A DNA stretch of 64,000 nucleotides from assembly GCA_963792585.1 (NCBI GenBank), contig CAWBWI010000003.1:544001-608000 (forward strand), written 5' to 3'. The DNA comes from Candidatus Eiseniibacteriota bacterium. Lineage in GTDB: Bacteria; Eisenbacteria; RBG-16-71-46; CAIMUX01; VGJL01. The notes under the pieces are model-generated. The model was not told the DNA's origin. It did not search any database and worked only from the letters and a program-made list of their open reading frames with translations. Made by a program: the position numbers and the translations under genes. This document shows positions 42,920 to 53,011 of the stretch, piece by piece. Positions within the stretch are counted from its first letter, which is position 1. Every line of letters begins with the position of its first letter.

Positions 42920-43080
42920 GTGAAAAAGGTGATTCTGGGACCTCGAAGCCGACACCAGCAGCTCCGGCAAAGAAGCCAGCCCCGCTGCCGCCGCCGGACA
43001 AGAAGCCGCATCTGGTCACGAAGGGCGCCGACAAGACAAGCCCGGCGACCAAGCCTTCCAAGCCGGAGAAGTCCAAGTAG
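42916..43080 (+). CDS. Small Pro/Lys-rich peptide
   Basis: TTGA overlap (alternative ATG 42901); SKPTPAAPAKKPAPLPPPDKKPHLVTKG. Confidence 0.55.
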   Translation: MSEKGDSGTSKPTPAAPAKKPAPLPPPDKKPHLVTKGADKTSPATKPSKPEKSK

Positions 43081-43320
43081 CGTCCGGTTTCGTCTCTGTC
43101 AGTTGGCCATGGGAGAGAGGGCTCTCTGATCCTGGAGCCGCGATGTTGACGGATCAAGGCGCGCACGACACCGGCTGGCCCGACCGAGCCGGTGCTGCTA
43201 CCAGCTCGATGTCGCTGGCGAAGACGGGGTCGATGCCGTCGGTCGGGGAAACGCCGGCCCGGCTTCCTTCCCAGGGCGGCTTACTCAGGGGTCGAATCCG
43301 GCGGCAGGAGAGAGATGCTC

Positions 43321-44967
43321 TCACATGGGTCGTCGTCTTCTCGGGTAGGTTCTTTCCCTTCCGAAACGATAAGGTTCATCGTCGTCAAGCTGAATCCTCT
43401 CGCTGGCCTGGAAATCGATGATGGAGCCAGGGACATGCAACGCAAGAAAGACGGAGCCATAGCGATTGGCGGTCGGGTCGGTGATGACCTCCCCCAACAC
43501 TGCTCTGCGATCCGGATCCGATGCGTTCATCCTAGTGCTTGTAGTGACTTCGGTGACCCAGATCGCCCTCGGCCAGTGGCAGGCTCGGTAATGATCTTGC
43601 GCCATGGGAGAGAAGCCAGCAAAGTCCTCAGACCGCAGGGCTGAAAGGAATTCCATGGTGTCCACGAGGTAGGTGCGCATTACGAACCGGTTCGCGCTGT
43701 CGAGTCGGCGGCAAGTCTGCCACTCGCGCGCCGCCGCACAAGTAGCCTCATTCGGGTTCGTCAGCGCCGCGGCGATTGCACCATCGATGGGGTTGTCGAC
43801 ATTGGGAGGGCGCAGCAGCGTGCGAACACGCCCTTCAACATCCGCCGCATTCATATAGACGCGATCGGGGAGTGGGACAATTGCGGCTTGGACCGCATGG
43901 AGGTTGCTGCCATCCAAGAAAGCGGCCCCGACCGGGAATGCCGGCGTGTCCGGCGTGACATCGCTTGTATCTCGAACGATGACGCGATACGGCCCGACTG
44001 CGTCGTCGTGAACGACCACCGCCGACGCCCAGTCGGATGTGGCCTGGAGGTCACTCTCGGCCGACTGGCGCTCAGGCGCCAGGATGTACCCGATGCAGCA
44101 GACCGCGTGACCCGGGACGATGAGAATCACCGGAAGTTCTGAATCAAGGTAGGGAACGATCCACCGGAGGACTTCGGTTGGCAGAGCTTCGCGCTCTCGA
44201 TCAAGGAAGATCTCTCCGACTGGTGAGTACCCCATGTGTGAGAGGCCATTTAGCATGTGTTCGTACGTGAGCCCACCGGTCGGGAGAGGGCGTCCTGCCC
44301 ATGCCAGATTCCGGTAGGCTTCGTCGGTAATCTGTGGCGGCAGAAAGAGAGTCTGATCGAAGCGGTGATGGAGGAACCTGGCCGCCGTCCACATCGCCGC
44401 CTCGGCACAGACCATCACCATGGCCTCTTGATGAATGAAGGGGCAGCCCTCCACTAGGATCTCGGTGCCTAGCAGATGGCCGGGAAGGTCCGTTCTGCAG
44501 GTAACTCGCACTTGGTCGTCCGGCCAGTTCGGTACAGGGAGATGGCATCGCCCCACCCGACCGACCTCAAGCGGTCGGAGCACGACAAAGCCATGGTACT
44601 TGACTGGGGCGGCAGGCGACGGGAACAGGAGATCTGTGACTTTCGTGGCAGGGTCTGTGGTCTGAAAGAAGTGAAGCCGACTCGCATTCGGTTGGGTGGG
44701 CGGTAGATGAACACGAGAGTAGATGGCCGAGAATTCTGAGCGAAAGTCACGATCGATGTACCGGGACTCGTATACGACGAGGTTCGCCCCGTGCGAGCGA
44801 GCCACGTCGAACGCGGCGCGCAAGACAGCTGCCTCCCTTGTGTGAGCGATGGAGATGTCTTCGGTTAGGCACTCGCAAAGCGAGTCCCAATCTGCGGGAC
44901 TGGCCATCGGCCAGAGTTCAAACGGCTGATCTGAACTAGTCACGATCTGATCGTACAGAGCGGCCAT
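43321..44967 (-). CDS. Papain-like (C39-like) peptidase-fold protein
   Basis: HQE...VCAEAAMW (Q/C), GHAVCCIGY (H) and VVHDDAVGPY (D). Confidence 0.7.
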   Translation of the reverse strand: MAALYDQIVTSSDQPFELWPMASPADWDSLCECLTEDISIAHTREAAVLRAAFDVARSHGANLVVYESRYIDRDFRSEFSAIYSRVHLPPTQPNASRLHFFQTTDPATKVTDLLFPSPAAPVKYHGFVVLRPLEVGRVGRCHLPVPNWPDDQVRVTCRTDLPGHLLGTEILVEGCPFIHQEAMVMVCAEAAMWTAARFLHHRFDQTLFLPPQITDEAYRNLAWAGRPLPTGGLTYEHMLNGLSHMGYSPVGEIFLDREREALPTEVLRWIVPYLDSELPVILIVPGHAVCCIGYILAPERQSAESDLQATSDWASAVVVHDDAVGPYRVIVRDTSDVTPDTPAFPVGAAFLDGSNLHAVQAAIVPLPDRVYMNAADVEGRVRTLLRPPNVDNPIDGAIAAALTNPNEATCAAAREWQTCRRLDSANRFVMRTYLVDTMEFLSALRSEDFAGFSPMAQDHYRACHWPRAIWVTEVTTSTRMNASDPDRRAVLGEVITDPTANRYGSVFLALHVPGSIIDFQASERIQLDDDEPYRFGRERTYPRRRRPM

Positions 44968-44987
44968 TCAAAGAGGATGGGCCGTCA

Positions 44988-46120
44988 AGGTATCCTTCTT
45001 GGAGATCTCACCCAACCAAGGAGGATGGTCCATGACGACCCAAGAGAAGCTTATCAAAGGGAAGCTCAATCTGCTCGATCTAGGAGCCTACCTCGGCAAC
45101 GTCAGCGAAGCCTGCCGGACACTCGGGTACTCCCGGGACACCTTCTATCGCTTGAAGCGACAGTTCGATGAGAATGGACTGGAGGGGCTTCAGGAGATCA
45201 GTCGGCGCAAGCCCAACTTGCGCAATCGCGTAGCTCCAGAGGTCGAGAGTGTTGTCGTCGAGTTGGCCCTGGAGTTCCCAGCCTTCGGACAGGTTCGAAT
45301 GGCCAATGAGCTGCTGAAGAAGAACATCTCCCTGTCGCCGGCAGGAGTTCGAGGCATCTGGCTGAGGAATGGCCTGGAGACCATCGCCAAGAGGCTGAAG
45401 GCTCTCGAGGCAAAGGTGGCGTCGGAGGGTGGGGTACTCACGGAAGCCCAGATCCAGGCGATGGAGCGAGCCCAGCAGGAGAAGGAAGCCCACGGGGAGA
45501 TTGAGACCGAGCATCCTGGATACCTGGGGGCCCAGGACACCTTCTATGTCGGCCACCTGAAGGGAGTCGGGCGGATCTACCAGCAGACCTTTGTGGACAC
45601 ATACAGCCGCCACGCGATCTGCAAGCTGTACACGACGAAGACGGCCTTGACGGCGGCAGACCACCTCAATGACCGAGTGTTGCCATTCTATGAGAACGAG
45701 GGAGTTCCCCTGCTCCGGATCCTCACCGATCGGGGGACCGAGTACTGCGGCCATGTCGAACGTCACGAATACCAGCTCTACCTGGCGCTGAACGACATTG
45801 ACCACAGTCGTACGAAGGCCCAGAGTCCTCAGACGAACGGAATCTGCGAGAGATTCCACAAGACGATCAAGGACGAGTTCTACGCCGTGGCGTTCCGAAA
45901 GAAGATCTATCGCACGCTCGAGGAGATACAGCGGGACCTGGATGACTGGCTCGATGAGTACAACCTGGAGCGTCCACACTCAGGCAAGCGGTGCGACGGG
46001 AGGACACCGGCAGCCACCTTCGCGGCAGCGAAGGAGCTCGTGAAGGAGAAGATGATCAGCGTGTGATCTGACGGACGATCTCCGGAAGGATACCTGTCAG
46101 ATCAGATTGCGACTTCTACA
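44988..46120 (+). mobile_element. IS481-family element with truncated left end
   Basis: Right end ...TGTCAGATCAGATTGCGACTTCTACA (ACA terminus); inner IR AGGTATCCTTC(T)TGGAGATC at both ends. Confidence 0.85.
45032..46066 (+). CDS. IS481 DDE transposase
   Basis: NVSEACRTLGYSRDTFY HTH; QDTFYVG, LTDRGTEYCG and QTNGICERFHKT motifs. Confidence 0.95.
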   Translation: MTTQEKLIKGKLNLLDLGAYLGNVSEACRTLGYSRDTFYRLKRQFDENGLEGLQEISRRKPNLRNRVAPEVESVVVELALEFPAFGQVRMANELLKKNISLSPAGVRGIWLRNGLETIAKRLKALEAKVASEGGVLTEAQIQAMERAQQEKEAHGEIETEHPGYLGAQDTFYVGHLKGVGRIYQQTFVDTYSRHAICKLYTTKTALTAADHLNDRVLPFYENEGVPLLRILTDRGTEYCGHVERHEYQLYLALNDIDHSRTKAQSPQTNGICERFHKTIKDEFYAVAFRKKIYRTLEEIQRDLDDWLDEYNLERPHSGKRCDGRTPAATFAAAKELVKEKMISV

Positions 46121-46158
46121 GCTGATCGGTCATAGGCACGCGGCAGATTCCCAGCAGA

Positions 46159-46184
46159 AAGGGCGCAAGACATCTTGCGCCCTT
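46159..46184 (-). terminator. Intrinsic terminator-like hairpin
   Basis: AAGGGCGCAAGA-ca-TCTTGCGCCCTT. Confidence 0.6.
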
Positions 46185-46192
46185 GGTGAGGC

Positions 46193-46378
46193 TCAGTCCT
46201 TGCCGTTGCTAACAACGATCGTGCGCGCCCTGGCGAGGACCTCGACGCGTCGACGGTCTAAACGCGCCATTTCGTCGCGGTCGTGCTCTGCAAGCCGAAC
46301 CAAGAAGCCCCGAAGACGTCGTTCATCTAGCTTCTCGCGCTTCGGCTTCACTTCAGCGTTGCGGGGTTCATCTGACAT
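46193..46378 (-). CDS. Small charged helical protein (61 aa)
   Basis: GGAGG upstream; MSDEPRNAEVKPKREKLDERRLRGFLVRLAEHD...; hairpin downstream. Confidence 0.55.
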   Translation of the reverse strand: MSDEPRNAEVKPKREKLDERRLRGFLVRLAEHDRDEMARLDRRRVEVLARARTIVVSNGKD

Positions 46379-46728
46379 CCTGCAATCCTCCATAACGGCA
46401 GAGGGTATCGACTCTTTGACCATACGGAGCAAAAAACGTACCACAGTACCCAAACTGCTTCAGGCTGCGTTTGGGGAAAAAGAAATATGCCGCGGACATT
46501 CGCCCGCAGGCACTTCATGAATTGCAGTCGCCCCCTCGACGCAACCATTGCCAGCATAATCCACTGGGAAAGATCTAGTTACCGGAACCAATTATAGCGA
46601 ACCCTTTGCCGCCTGTCAATGAGATCCATGCCTCCCCGTCACATGTGTACCTCCTAGTTAGTGCGACTTGCAGCCAGGGAGTAACGGTCCTGGTCGTACG
46701 AAAACCGACACCTGTCAAGTTGCTTGTC

Positions 46729-47123
46729 ATGGGCCGCACCAGTCGCCAGTGGACCCGGACGGATCTCGAGCGGCAACGCTCCCGTCTCGTCGACCTGCTC
46801 CGGCCGGGTCTGACCGATGAAGACGAGTACAACTCGGGCGGGCGAGCCTGACCGCGAGTCTCAACGAACTCAATCGGCAGCTATACCTCGACGGTCCCTC
46901 CCATCCGCTCCATGTCGAATGACTCCTGTCTGCGCCCCTGGGGACCGTCCTCCTTGATCACCTTAACACGCTGGAGCCCTCGGCACGGCGGGCGCCCCTG
47001 ACCCGACTCGGCTCCTTCCAGCTCACGAACCGACGCGTCATGCTCGAGGCGCTTCCCTCGGAGGAGTTGGCACGGTCCATCGTGGCCTTCGTGACCCGTC
47101 TACCAAAGGTCAGGGTTCTATGA
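46729..47123 (+). pseudogene. Degraded hypothetical gene
   Basis: Protein-like reading broken by a frameshift and an internal stop, converging on the recombinase-tail remnant. Confidence 0.3.
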
Positions 47124-47258
47124 CCTCACGCCTACTACCTCGCCGGTGGAGCTCTGCGATACTGTGGATGCGTGACCTTCGATATCCAGCTCCGGCAGCG
47201 CGAAATACTCGGTAGTATCTTGAATCCACGTTCTGACGTCGTCCCAGTTAGCGCACCA
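47118..47258 (-). mobile_element. Orphan serine-recombinase C-terminal tail / att junction
   Basis: WCANWDDVRTWIQDTTEYFALPEL vs WCTRWEDVRTWIQDTTEYFVIPDL in the recombinase; 45/57 nt identical (47202-47258 vs 53511-53567). Confidence 0.85.
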
Positions 47259-47438
47259 GGGTCTTGTGTCCTACTCGTAAGACATTCATCAGCGCGAGTA
47301 GTAGAAGAACCGCTCAACAGAGCGGTGTTCAGTTGTGGGTGGAATGTCTGACGGGTCAGACTTCCGGGAGAGTTGTCCCCGACCCTGGAGGGATTTGAAC
47401 TCCCACACCGGCAAGCAAGTCAGGCGGGATCCATAGTG

Positions 47439-50400
47439 CTACTCTGGCAGAAGCCGCATCCTAGACCAGACAACGAGGGTCTGTTCAATTTCGCGACATC
47501 CAAGATAGTCGATTTCGAACTCCCGACGAATCGTAGCAAGAAAAGCATTTCGTACCTGGCGATAGTTCGGCTTAGACGCCAGTACATCAAAGCACGAGAA
47601 GAGTAGGAGTCGACGCCGCTGCTCCAAGAGGTCTCCTGTCCTCCATATCAGCTTAAGGAACTTCGCTAGTACCGGAGCGGCTGATAGTCCCACGGTACTA
47701 GGATCCTTGAGTGACTCCAGGACAGTATTAACATGACGGCCAGGGTTCCATCCATCCAAACGTAGAGCGGATCTGAGAACCGGCGGAGATACCGATACAA
47801 AGAAGTATCCCCATTGAATCAAGCGCACGACGAGATCATCGTATCGATCATGCTCAAGATGCCCGGCATCTCTCAGGCGCAGGGACAAGTCGGCCACCGT
47901 ACAGCTCATGATCCGGTGTTCTTTCAAGCTGTAGCCCCGTAGCCGGGCGTCTTCACTAATGAGTACGGCCTGTTCATGCATCGCAAGGACGATAGTATCT
48001 GCGCTCGCTGGCAGCAATATGCTTGTGAGCCTCTTGTATCGCACACCGTCTGGAATCGCGACACCGGTGACCTCACAATTCTGCCGAATCCAACCTATCG
48101 TGCTAGTCCAAAGCCGTTCGATCCGCTCACGGTCTTCGGCAGTCACATCCTGTCGGAAATATTCATCACCGTGTTTTCCCACTGTCATTGACACTGGTCT
48201 GCGTGCTTCCAGTCGAGCGTGGTTCAAGAGGTCGATCGTTGATTGTGATACCAGCATTCTGACGCCGAGCCTCGGTAGCTCCTCAAGAAGTTGCAGCTCC
48301 TGCAGGGCACAGATACTCGTGGGATCGAGCGCGATGGCCCGCTTCGTGGTCGCTACCTCCCCGGCCGCTACGGTAGCCGCCGGCGCGCCCGGCGACGCGT
48401 AAACGCGTCCGAAGTTCCCACTCACGAGTGCGTACCAGATGGCAATCTCATCATCGTGCGCTATTTGGGCCAACGTCGACATCGGCAGTGGCTGCTCTTG
48501 GTATCCCTTCTTCATCTCGTCAACCCAGCTTGCTCGTCTGTCCATTGCTTGCAGGAAGGGCTGCAAGCCCGCCGCACCGAATCTAAACCGCCGTAGCTCC
48601 ATGTTCTCCGGGAAGCGTGTGTGAAACTTCTCGAAGACACGCCGACAGATAGCAGCATACTTGCTGGAAATGCTCAGCACGCTTACTTCTTGCGCGCCAT
48701 ACTCGTCCTCCCGCAGACGGACTACATCGCCCCCCTTGCGGCCGAGCAGTTTCTGACCAAACGGACCAGTAATCCGCTCTTGATCGTCTGTGAGAGTTTG
48801 CTGATCGGCGCCAACGATCTCAATCTCTCGCTTTGCTCCGTCATCATCAATCAGGACGAATGACCCCTGCACTACTTCCGTAGGTTCTAGCTTCGTGATC
48901 TCTGCCTCGGGTATGGCGAGACACAGGCCTACATAGCGAAGGTGCGCTTCAGCCTCATTAGGATTGCTACGGAGCGAAAGGTACCCCGTCTCGAGCGCCT
49001 CTCGATACTGTCCAAGCTCTACATGGATTCCGGCCACGGCCATTGCCGCCGACACAGGCAGCCTTGATGCCGACTCTGCGTTGGGCACCAGTTCCCGAGC
49101 TGACTCGGTGTCACCCTTCCGGTGTGCGATGATTGCCCGTTGATATGCCCAGTTGGTATTCTTCGGATCAGCCTCCATGAGCTTCCCAAGGATAGCGTCG
49201 GCTTCATCTAGTCGACCAAGACCCGCTAAGAGCTGGGCCTCGGGGCCAGCGCACTCAGCGATGAGTCCTCGTTCTGCGCGGACGCGTTTGGCGAATTCGA
49301 AGAACTTCGGGAGATCATCGGACCGTTCAAGGGCGACAAGGTATTGCCGTAGTAGCGCGGATGGGGACCTCGGCGTGACCAGGTTTCCAAGCGTTTCGGC
49401 GGCCTGCTCCCACCGGTCCGCCGACGAGTACAGGTGGGCGAGGGTTAGGCGGAGTCGCCACGCCAAACTCGGTTCTGCTACCGCGATCGCGTCCTGTAGA
49501 ATGGCGACAGCTTCATCGGTTTTCTGCTGCATGAAGCGCAGGCGCGAGAGGACAATCGCGGTTTCCCAATCATTCGGATCGTGGGGTAGTGACTCCAACA
49601 GATTGGCTGCTTCCTCCCGGTCGCCCTTGTCGAGAAAGCACTCGGCCGCAGCCACGTTCGCGCGCTTGCTACCCAGAATGCGGACGACTTCCGACGTGTG
49701 CAGAAACGTCACCGCGGCATCATGACCTTCTATGCTCTCAAGAAGCTGAACGCGAAGTCGGATGAGGTCCGCGGTTTGTACCGCATGTTCATCTGCGAGA
49801 ATCTGCAGTGCTCGCCTCTCGTCTCCGGTGCTCATGAGCAGCAACACGACACCGGTGATTGCGTTGGCGTCATGGGCGCCATACCGACCAGCCTCCTCGA
49901 ACGCCGGAAGAGCTTCGGTATCCTTCTGGAAGGCAAGCAGGGAGACCTTCGACAGAAGCATCGTTCCGAGTAGAACACGATTCTCCAACTTGCGCGCTGT
50001 TTCTATTGCCTCGGAGAGAAGCCCGGTGCCTCTTGCCAAGTCCTGCGTTGCTTGTGGAGGAAAGGCGCTCCAGGGCGCCAGGCCCTGGTCATTGATGGTG
50101 GCCTGGAAACGTCCGAGGTACGCCTGAGACAATTGGAACGTAATCTCGGCGGAATCCGACGCCTCGTGGGCAGACTCAAGATGAGTGATCGCGTCGTCAA
50201 ACCTATGGGAGTTAAGGTAGAGAATGCCTCGGAGATGGTGACGCGCCATGCTATCTGAAATCCTCGCCGCGAGTTCGATTGCTTCCTCCAATCGATCGAG
50301 CTTGGCGAGAGCCTGGGACTTCGCGATGATCGCTGTCGCATGGTTCGGTTCGTATTGGAGGATCTGGTCCGCCTTCGCGACTGACCGATCCAACTTGTCT

Positions 50401-51206
50401 ACATCAAGCAGAGCTAATGCTGTATTCCCAACAGCATTGAGACGACTTGGCTTCAATCGTTCAGCTGATTCGAAACAGCCCAGCGCGGCCCCGTGTTCGT
50501 TTCGCTGACGCAGGGCCAATCCCCTGGTGGCATGCCATTGATACTGTTCATCGATGGAACGGGCGCTTCCCTGTGACTTCTTGCGTTGCTCCAACCAGCG
50601 CAGAGCCGAATCGATGTTGTTCGCGCGGATCAGGGATTGGACAGTCTCATAATCTCGGAGTACAGATGGTTCAATCTCAGAGTCCGGCGTCGGCGATCCC
50701 ATCTCATTCAATCGCGTCAGGTTTGCGAGCTGTGGTTGAGGGAATTGGGTATTCCTCTCTCGCACTGCTTCCATGATCTCCCGGAGGCGGAGGTCCATGA
50801 ACCGCGTCTGATACACAAGGCCATCAGACGACTTGAGATACTCCTCAAAGAGGACCGTAAAGAACCGCGCCAAGATCCTGTCGGCGAGCTCCGCGGACTC
50901 TTCCGAGGGTCCCGTGTATAGGGCCGCTAGGTCCAACGACCCAATCAGATCGGTAATTTCAGATTGTGAGGGAAGTTCACCCCGCTCAAGGCAAGCTAGT
51001 CGCGCTTGGAACGTTGCGGAGGTGACCCACCTCCGAAGATGATCCGAAACACCCTCTATGTCTTGACCCGCGAACTCTAAGTCAACCTGGACAATGGCCC
51101 GATCTGTTTCTGAGGAAGTCCACCATGTCTTGGCGAGCTTGAGTCCACCCGAGGTTGCAAGCTGTTTGAGTGTAGCCAAGAGGACCGAACCAATGAGGGG
51201 ATTCAT
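47439..51206 (-). CDS. TPR-GreA/B-C-PIN conflict-system protein (about 1255 aa)
   Basis: Long TPR region; PFGQKLLGRKGGDVV GreA/B-C motif; PIN motifs ALDPTSI, SQSTID and LISEDARLR. Confidence 0.8.
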   Translation of the reverse strand: MNPLIGSVLLATLKQLATSGGLKLAKTWWTSSETDRAIVQVDLEFAGQDIEGVSDHLRRWVTSATFQARLACLERGELPSQSEITDLIGSLDLAALYTGPSEESAELADRILARFFTVLFEEYLKSSDGLVYQTRFMDLRLREIMEAVRERNTQFPQPQLANLTRLNEMGSPTPDSEIEPSVLRDYETVQSLIRANNIDSALRWLEQRKKSQGSARSIDEQYQWHATRGLALRQRNEHGAALGCFESAERLKPSRLNAVGNTALALLDVDKLDRSVAKADQILQYEPNHATAIIAKSQALAKLDRLEEAIELAARISDSMARHHLRGILYLNSHRFDDAITHLESAHEASDSAEITFQLSQAYLGRFQATINDQGLAPWSAFPPQATQDLARGTGLLSEAIETARKLENRVLLGTMLLSKVSLLAFQKDTEALPAFEEAGRYGAHDANAITGVVLLLMSTGDERRALQILADEHAVQTADLIRLRVQLLESIEGHDAAVTFLHTSEVVRILGSKRANVAAAECFLDKGDREEAANLLESLPHDPNDWETAIVLSRLRFMQQKTDEAVAILQDAIAVAEPSLAWRLRLTLAHLYSSADRWEQAAETLGNLVTPRSPSALLRQYLVALERSDDLPKFFEFAKRVRAERGLIAECAGPEAQLLAGLGRLDEADAILGKLMEADPKNTNWAYQRAIIAHRKGDTESARELVPNAESASRLPVSAAMAVAGIHVELGQYREALETGYLSLRSNPNEAEAHLRYVGLCLAIPEAEITKLEPTEVVQGSFVLIDDDGAKREIEIVGADQQTLTDDQERITGPFGQKLLGRKGGDVVRLREDEYGAQEVSVLSISSKYAAICRRVFEKFHTRFPENMELRRFRFGAAGLQPFLQAMDRRASWVDEMKKGYQEQPLPMSTLAQIAHDDEIAIWYALVSGNFGRVYASPGAPAATVAAGEVATTKRAIALDPTSICALQELQLLEELPRLGVRMLVSQSTIDLLNHARLEARRPVSMTVGKHGDEYFRQDVTAEDRERIERLWTSTIGWIRQNCEVTGVAIPDGVRYKRLTSILLPASADTIVLAMHEQAVLISEDARLRGYSLKEHRIMSCTVADLSLRLRDAGHLEHDRYDDLVVRLIQWGYFFVSVSPPVLRSALRLDGWNPGRHVNTVLESLKDPSTVGLSAAPVLAKFLKLIWRTGDLLEQRRRLLLFSCFDVLASKPNYRQVRNAFLATIRREFEIDYLGCREIEQTLVVWSRMRLLPE

Positions 51207-51266
51207 ATTCGATACCACCACTGCGACAGCGCCCGCTCCCGGGGCTCGCGCACCACAGACGAGTGG

Positions 51267-51563
51267 CTATTCCTCGAGCTGAGGGAAATCCTCATAACCC
51301 GCTAGCATGACATTACCGACGTAGTCGACGTGTTGAACGTGGCCCACTCGGTTTCCGAGCGAAGGAACTGAACCGGATATCTTTGACCGCTCTGACGTAT
51401 TCGTTATCAACCGCCCACCGCGAAGCTCTCCAAGATAGGATCCATTGTGGCCATATACCTCATCACCTCGGAACCGTCCTACGTGTTTGCCGTCATGGGT
51501 CCAGAGGTCGTCTCCGTCGCGATACCCGAATGAGCGTCCTCCCCATGTGTGAAGCCATTCCAT
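51267..51563 (-). CDS. Small beta-flower-like protein
   Basis: Repeating xxxGxxxG units: GRSFGYRDGDDLWTHDGKHVGRFRGDEVYGHNGSYLGEL. Confidence 0.65.
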   Translation of the reverse strand: MEWLHTWGGRSFGYRDGDDLWTHDGKHVGRFRGDEVYGHNGSYLGELRGGRLITNTSERSKISGSVPSLGNRVGHVQHVDYVGNVMLAGYEDFPQLEE

Positions 51564-51566
51564 TGT

Positions 51567-51773
51567 CTATTTCTTCCTCCGGTTGTACGGACTCTGGTTC
51601 GGGGGAGCCAGGGATATCCCCTCACTCTGAGCCTTGCTCCGGACACCGCCCTCGGGGCGCCCGAGCCTTACCCCGATGACCCGGGTTGGGGTATTGCCTG
51701 CAGCGAGCTGCTGGAGTTGTTTGACCTCTGCGGGTGTCCAGTGTTGTCCCGCGTTGCGTGTTGACTTAGGCAT
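51567..51773 (-). CDS. Small Myb/HTH-like conserved protein
   Basis: AAGGAG RBS; HWTPAEVKQL...NTPTRVIGVRLGR...PPNQSPY. Confidence 0.75.
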   Translation of the reverse strand: MPKSTRNAGQHWTPAEVKQLQQLAAGNTPTRVIGVRLGRPEGGVRSKAQSEGISLAPPNQSPYNRRKK

Positions 51774-52423
51774 GTGCAGATTCTCCTTGGTTGGTGGGGA
51801 GCGTCGCGACGACAACCCCCTGAAATTGTAAAATCTTCATGAATGATAAATGGCTTGTTGGACGGTTCAGTCGAGGAGGGTTCGAGGACGATGGCTCCCT
51901 TTCCGGGCCGGAAGTACTTCACGGTCGCCCCCTCCTCCATGAGGACTACAACCTTCTCTCCCGGGTCAGCGGTGGGTTGCTGTCGAACCAAGACGATGTC
52001 ACCGTCCAGCATCCCCGCTCGATTCATCGAGGTGCCATGCACGCGGAGGAGGTAATAGCGGAAAGGTGGACGAGCGAGAGCGCGGGAGACCGGCAGGTAG
52101 TCCTCGATGTTCTCATCAGCCAAGATGGGTGTCCCGGCCGAAACATGGCCAACCAGGGGGATGAGCACGGTGGAGACAGGCTCGGACCCGGAATCTGGTG
52201 GAGGTGGCGCGACAAAGCGGATATTCCGCGCTCCCTTTGCTCGTTTGATGTACCCGGCGATCTCTAGGGCGTCGAGGAACTGGATGATGCTCCGCGTTGA
52301 CTTGAATCCCCCGATCACCTGCATTTCGCGCACGGTAGGGGGGACCCCCTCGCGCTTCTTGTAGTCCAGGAGCACGCGGAGGAAGCTGGCTTGCTGTTCT
52401 GTAATCCGTTTGGGCATAGTCAT
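51766..52423 (-). CDS. lexA: LexA-family repressor; frameshift near 51820
   Basis: PPTVREM HTH, VSAG cleavage site, GTSM (Ser) and ATVKY (Lys). Confidence 0.9.
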
Positions 52424-52457
52424 TTATTCCGAAATGCCAATATACTCAAGCGCTTTC

Positions 52458-52486
52458 AGACTAGCGCGAGAGGAGATTTCAGTCAA
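52458..52486 (-). promoter_or_regulatory. Sigma70-like promoter of the lexA operon
   Basis: TTGACT-N17-TAGTCT. Confidence 0.6.
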
Positions 52487-52636
52487 GAGGATTGCCTGCC
52501 CGACGGTGGACTGAGGCAGTAGACTGGACGAACCAAACTTCACCCTAGCTTCTGCGATGGTTCCGAACTGCTATCCCGTGGTGCGATCGCCACCGAGTGG
52601 GGACGATGTGGATGTTTTTGAGCTTCTAACCCATTC

Positions 52637-52927
52637 ATGATGAACCATCTATCTAGTAGCCTCGACAACCTTCCCGCGACCCCCGAGCTCTCCGATGACG
52701 ACGTGGCCGAATTCCAACAACTCATGAAGGACGAAGCCGGCGTTGACCTGACGCCGGGCGAAGCCCGACTCCGAGCCCAGGACCTGATCCGTCTGATGGC
52801 CGTGATCGCACGGCCGTCGAAGCCAGCGACAGAGGAACCTGCCCCGGTCGCCTTGAAACATCTGGAGCACTGGGACCACCTGCTCGGCAGGCTCCAGACC
52901 CTCTCGCAAGCCTTGCTTCAGATTTGA
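52637..52927 (+). CDS. Small protein, paralog of 55056-55304 (candidate directionality factor)
   Basis: LSDDDVAEFQQLMKDEAGVDLTPGEARLRAQDLIRLM. Confidence 0.65.
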   Translation: MMNHLSSSLDNLPATPELSDDDVAEFQQLMKDEAGVDLTPGEARLRAQDLIRLMAVIARPSKPATEEPAPVALKHLEHWDHLLGRLQTLSQALLQI

Positions 52928-53011
52928 CCCCACTCGAACGATTGGGTCTGGCCGCTCCGAGAAGCGCGAGCCCTCCTCACGGACGTCTTCTCGCTCCGGA
53001 TTCTTGAAGCC

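Noticed and set aside
47373..47410. GACCCTGGAGGGATTTGAACTCCC as a tRNA gene
   Set aside because: Only a degenerate T-arm-like piece on the minus strand with no CCA or cloverleaf; at most another att scar
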